18,935 nucleotides of DNA from Eledone cirrhosa (Eukaryota), in NCBI GenBank assembly GCA_964016885.1, contig CAXHJY010000574.1, positions 1-18,935 of the forward strand, written 5' to 3'. A program made the position numbers and the translations under genes. Each line of letters starts with the position of its first letter. Position 1 is the stretch's first letter. Below are positions 10,939 through 18,935 of this stretch, one piece after another. The notes beneath the pieces are model-generated. The model saw only the letters and a list, made by a program, of their open reading frames with translations, was not told the origin of the DNA and did no database searches.

Positions 10939-12722
10939 GGTTTTAGGACTTGTAAAAACCCACCCACCAACCCACTATTAGATGCATTTGAGCAGGACCT
11001 TATGAACTTAATCCTTAAAATTAAATTCAAAGGACGCAACACCAACAGCAAATCATCCCCCAAATTAAGGCTAAGGTTAACATTAAACTCTGGGGGAAGA
11101 CCCAAGAAGCAATAAGATGGTTTAATAGCATTAGCAATAAGAATAAATCTAAGTTTATCCAGTTTGATATCGATGAATATTACTCATCGATATCACCTGA
11201 AACTTTGAATAGAGCCATTAAGTTTGCTAAGGATAACTCCGACCTTACAAACGATGAAATTAAGATTATATTAGAAGCTAGGAAAACTATAGTCAAATTT
11301 GAGAACAGTTATTGGGTACGTAAAGATAGACCCTCTAACTTTGACATAACAATGGGCTCTAACGATTCGGCGGAAATAACTGATATTGTGGGGTTATTTA
11401 TCGCCTTTAGACTCCAGGAAAAATTCAGCAATCTCCACGGCGGAATATACCGCGACGATGTTCTCCTCCTAGCTAAAAACCTTAATAACCAAAAACTAGA
11501 AAAACTACGCAAAGATATAAGAAAACTACTACTCGAAATAGGACTAACTATAACATATGAATACAACCTTAAAGTAGTTAACTTCATGGATGTCACACTC
11601 AATTTAAACTCTGGTTTGATTAAACCGTTTCATAAATTGAATGAAAATCTCAAATACGTAAATGTTGGGTCTAACCACCCCATCTCTATAATTAAATCTA
11701 TCCCTAAAAATATTTCCCTTAGAATCTCGGGTCTATCTTCTAACATACAAGTATTTAAGGATCACGCCGAGTACTACGATAACGCCCTTAGTAAAGCAGG
11801 CTACCTCAACAAAATAGAGTACATAGATGGGAACAATCAAAACACCCAAAATAAATCCCACATAGGTAGATATAATAACACAACACCAAACCACACTTAC
11901 TACCATAGTATGCACACCAGTAAACCAACAAACAAAACTAATAGAAAGCGATGCAAAGAGTACTTATGGTATAACCCCGAATACAATAGCTCCATTAGTA
12001 CAAATTTACCAGTACTCTTCTTTAAAATAAAATAATTAAAAGACATTTTCCCACATCACACAAATACCACAAAATCCTAAACCCTACCACTATAAGACTG
12101 TCATACTCTACAGCGTTAAACCTTGAACAACACATAAAAAAGATCAATACTAGAAGGTTAAACGAAAACACTAAGAACTTAAGTACAAAGAACCCCAAAA
12201 AAAACAGTAGACAATACACTACAGAACATAAATAAACCACACCTAAGTTCGTCCGCAATACTACTCCAGAGAAAACCCAACGTACACAACTGTAACTGCA
12301 CCTATCCTGACAACTGCCCCCTCGGCAATAACTGCCTGGAAAAAAATATTATTTATAAGTGTACCATTAAATCCGGAGGCAACGAGTGGTATTACGTGGG
12401 ATCAACGGCAACATCGTTTAAATCTCGATTGTATAGGCATTCTTACTCAATAAAACACCAGAGCCAAAGAAATGTAACAACTTTAGCAGAGAAAGCTTGG
12501 ACGCTCAGGGATAGCAATCAAAAGTTTACCCTAAAATGGGAAAAATTAGCTAAAACCCAAAGCTTTTCCAGGAGCCAAAATTTCTGCAAATTGTGTAATC
12601 TTGAGATTTATTACATAATCACACACAAGAAGAAACTGCTGAATAACAGAATTGAACGAACATTATTCTGCCGTCACAGAACTAAAACCCTTTTTTCCCA
12701 CTACAAGCCGAATATTACATAA
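10939..12722 (+). pseudogene. PLE RT + GIY-YIG ORF remnant (right arm) with an internal deletion and frameshifts
   Basis: 10939-11052 encodes GFRTCKNPPTNPLLDAFEQDLMNLILKIKFKGRNTNSK, matching element 1 GFKTYRSPPHNSLLDNFESELLSLVRNIRYK. It then skips 364 nt to IIPQIKAK out of frame. It has the same 5-nt duplication (12025-12034) and an extra A in the run at 12197-12204. Confidence 0.93.
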
Positions 12723-12834
12723 AAGAGGGACATCCCCCAACTATATAAACCTTAATCTAGTTAGAAAAATATAAAAACAATCTCTTTTCAACATATATTA
12801 ATAACCTTAAATTACCATACTAATAATGAAAAGA

Positions 12835-12892
12835 TATGCTGATGAGAATAGGTACAAATATGCGATAATGAATGTGTCTAAAAACGTCCATA
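12835..12892 (+). ncRNA. Degenerate hammerhead-like motif just 3' of the element 2 ORF (mirror at 8731-8788, minus)
   Basis: Reads UAUG CUGAUGA gaa UAGGUACA ... UGUGUCUA AAAAC GUC CAUA. Stems I and II and the GUC triplet are present, but GAAA is AAAA and 3 extra nt follow the first box. Confidence 0.3.
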
Positions 12893-12894
12893 AG

Positions 12895-13043
12895 TATGTA
12901 TATATATGTGAAAATGTATATAAATAAGTAAATATATATATATGTTTGATGTGTATAGTTAGATGTAAGTGTATTCATGTATTAAAGTGCTTATATATAT
13001 ATATATATGTGTGTGTGTGTATATGTGTGTATATATGTATGTG

Positions 13044-13074
<31 letters not shown>

Positions 13075-13380
13075 GTATATGTATATATGTATATATATAT
13101 GTGTATGTATGTATGTGTATATGGATGTGTATGTATGTGTATGTGTGTACACATGGACTAGAGTATGTATGTATATATGTGTGTGTCTATACGTGTGTAT
13201 ATATAAAGATAAGTTGAGTATGAAAATGTATACACATGAGCGCGTATGTATGTACATGAATACATGTGTGTATATATATGTGTATGCATGTGTATATATA
13301 TGTAAGTATGAATATGTGAATTGTGAGTATATGTATTTTGTAGAGGTGTGCAAATATATTTGTGTGTGAATGCGTGGGTG
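12895..13380. repeat. Mixed TA/TG microsatellite-like tract (mirror of 8240-8730)
   Basis: Read directly from the sequence. Confidence 0.9.
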
Positions 13381-13664
13381 AAAGAATACGTACACTTGAA
13401 AGAAAAATTGAAGTCTGAATGTTAAGTGCAAACACAAAACCAACCACGCATATCTTTACTATCTCTAATCCTTCTATAGATTTAGAAAAATAACCAATAA
13501 TATATTCTATAAAAAATGTCAAAACAACAGATGGGAATCTAATTAATCACTGCCACCAAGAATTCTCACTGCTATCGAAAAACCACTCCTTCAACTATTC
13601 TTCTAACAACTTCACCCCTTCCTCCTAATATTCTCTATAAAAACTAAATAGGTCCTCAGTAATA

Positions 13665-13720
13665 TTATTCTGATGAAATGACAGTAAATAATAACATTGA
13701 AATATTGAATGTCTGCATAA
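13665..13720 (+). ncRNA. Candidate hammerhead ribozyme near the 3' end of element 2
   Basis: Reads uuauu CUGAUGA AAUG acaguaaauaauaa CAUU GAAA UAU uga AUG UC ugcauaa. It has both boxes, a 4-bp stem II, a stem III with one U-G pair and a GUC triplet. Stem I is weak. Confidence 0.5.
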
Positions 13721-13931
13721 CTAAAAGTTTGTAGATAGCTGTTTTAGGTTATGTAACTGTTATAGAAACACGTGTCAATAAATTCCTTTCAACTAAACTG
13801 TATCCATTCAAATCTTTCTATTTTTCTCCGGATTACTTTTGGAACTACAACTGGAACCGTCGAGCAAACTCTACGTGAGCTGATAATCTACTGTGTGTAA
13901 TATTTATATTACAACACAACGGAAAATACTG

Positions 13932-14643
<712 letters not shown>

Positions 14644-14764
14644 GTGAAGGCGTGTGGCTGAGTGGTTAGAGAATTGGATTCGCAATCGTAAGATTGTGAG
14701 TTCGATTCCTGGACCAGGCGATGCGTTATGTCCTTGGGCAAGACACTTTATTTCACGTTGCTCC
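14644..14764 (+). mobile_element. tRNA-derived SINE, 5' part with a CORE-like segment
   Basis: Pol III box A TGGCTGAGTGG (14655-14665) and box B GTTCGATTCC (14700-14709), followed by tgtccttgggcaagacactt (14729-14748), which resembles the CORE-SINE motif TGACCTTGGGCAAGTCACTT. There is no proper acceptor stem. The 3' boundary is uncertain. Confidence 0.85.
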
Positions 14765-14864
14765 TTCTACCTGGAGTTGCGACCGATAGATAGTATTAGC
14801 AATTGGAAAGACCAACGGAAACATTGTTCCCTCGGTCCGATTTGACGAAAGTCGATCGTCTTCC

Positions 14865-18501
<3,637 letters not shown>

Positions 18502-18935
18502 GAAAAGTGTAATTTTCTACACAAAACGAAGGTTATAGAGAAAATTGAGGTTGGTTATGGCACATGGAATATATAAGAGACAGAATACTTTTTTGTGAAA
18601 AAACATAATTTTATAAGGTAAGGAAATAATAAAGGGTATAAAAAATGACCGTTTCGATGGGTCTGCAAAAGCCATCTTTTCAAATGTTGATTAATATTAA
18701 GAAAAATTAATAATACGAAGAGTTAAAATTTGAGACTTGAAAATTCAAGTATAAAATTCATTGTGGGATTTCATAGCAGTTTTCATCTAGGTAGCAACAA
18801 CAGGTTGACTGCTGTGTCCCTTTCTGGTAGTGAATGAGAAGTTATTTGGGGTGTGGGTTATTTTATAAAGGTCAGATTTAGCAATAGCCAGCTGCTGGTC
18901 AGTGAGGGGGTGGAAGCAATATACACACACATACC
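18502..18935 (-). mobile_element. Probable 3' end of a further PLE extending beyond the window
   Basis: HHR candidate ~145 nt from a (TA)n array, the same layout as elements 1 and 2. No coding sequence is visible in the window. Confidence 0.4.
18645..18685 (-). ncRNA. Candidate minimal hammerhead ribozyme with a U3-A8 core variant
   Basis: Minus strand reads AU UUGAAAA GAUGG cuuuugcagac CCAUC GAAAC g GUC AU. It has a perfect 5-bp stem II and GAAAC..GUC. In the first box, C3-G8 is replaced by U3-A8. Stem I is short. Confidence 0.6.

Noticed and set aside
8901-12722. Selenocysteine recoding as in some Naiad PLEs
   Set aside because: The interrupting stops are TAA caused by frameshifts, not in-frame TGA, and the EN is C-terminal rather than N-terminal.
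14649-14720. Functional tRNA gene
   Set aside because: Boxes A and B are present, but the acceptor and anticodon stems do not pair well and a SINE body motif follows.

Overview
AT-rich eukaryotic, probably invertebrate, repeat DNA; a mollusc/cephalopod origin is only a guess. No host gene is recognisable. About a third of the window is (TA)n microsatellite interrupted by CA, and the long Ile/Tyr ORFs are artefacts of it. Between the arrays sit Penelope-like retroelements (PLEs) with RT plus a C-terminal GIY-YIG endonuclease; their CxC-x5-CPLxxxC linker and (TA)n context fit the Hydra clade. Element 1 (minus strand, ~822-5756) has a 795-aa open RT-EN frame, a ~2.4 kb 3' region and a good minimal hammerhead ribozyme (HHR) near its 3' end. 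Element 2 is a different family, present as a ~6 kb fold-back (7792-13821) with near-identical 2.8 kb arms and a rearranged apex. A 590-bp fold-back (220-809) carries an HHR core in one arm only. A variant-core HHR at ~18645-18685 suggests the 3' end of a further element. A tRNA-derived SINE lies at ~14644-14764. Overall the window looks like a (TA)n landing zone for several ribozyme-bearing PLE families, with 3' ends facing the arrays and repeated tail-out fold-backs.
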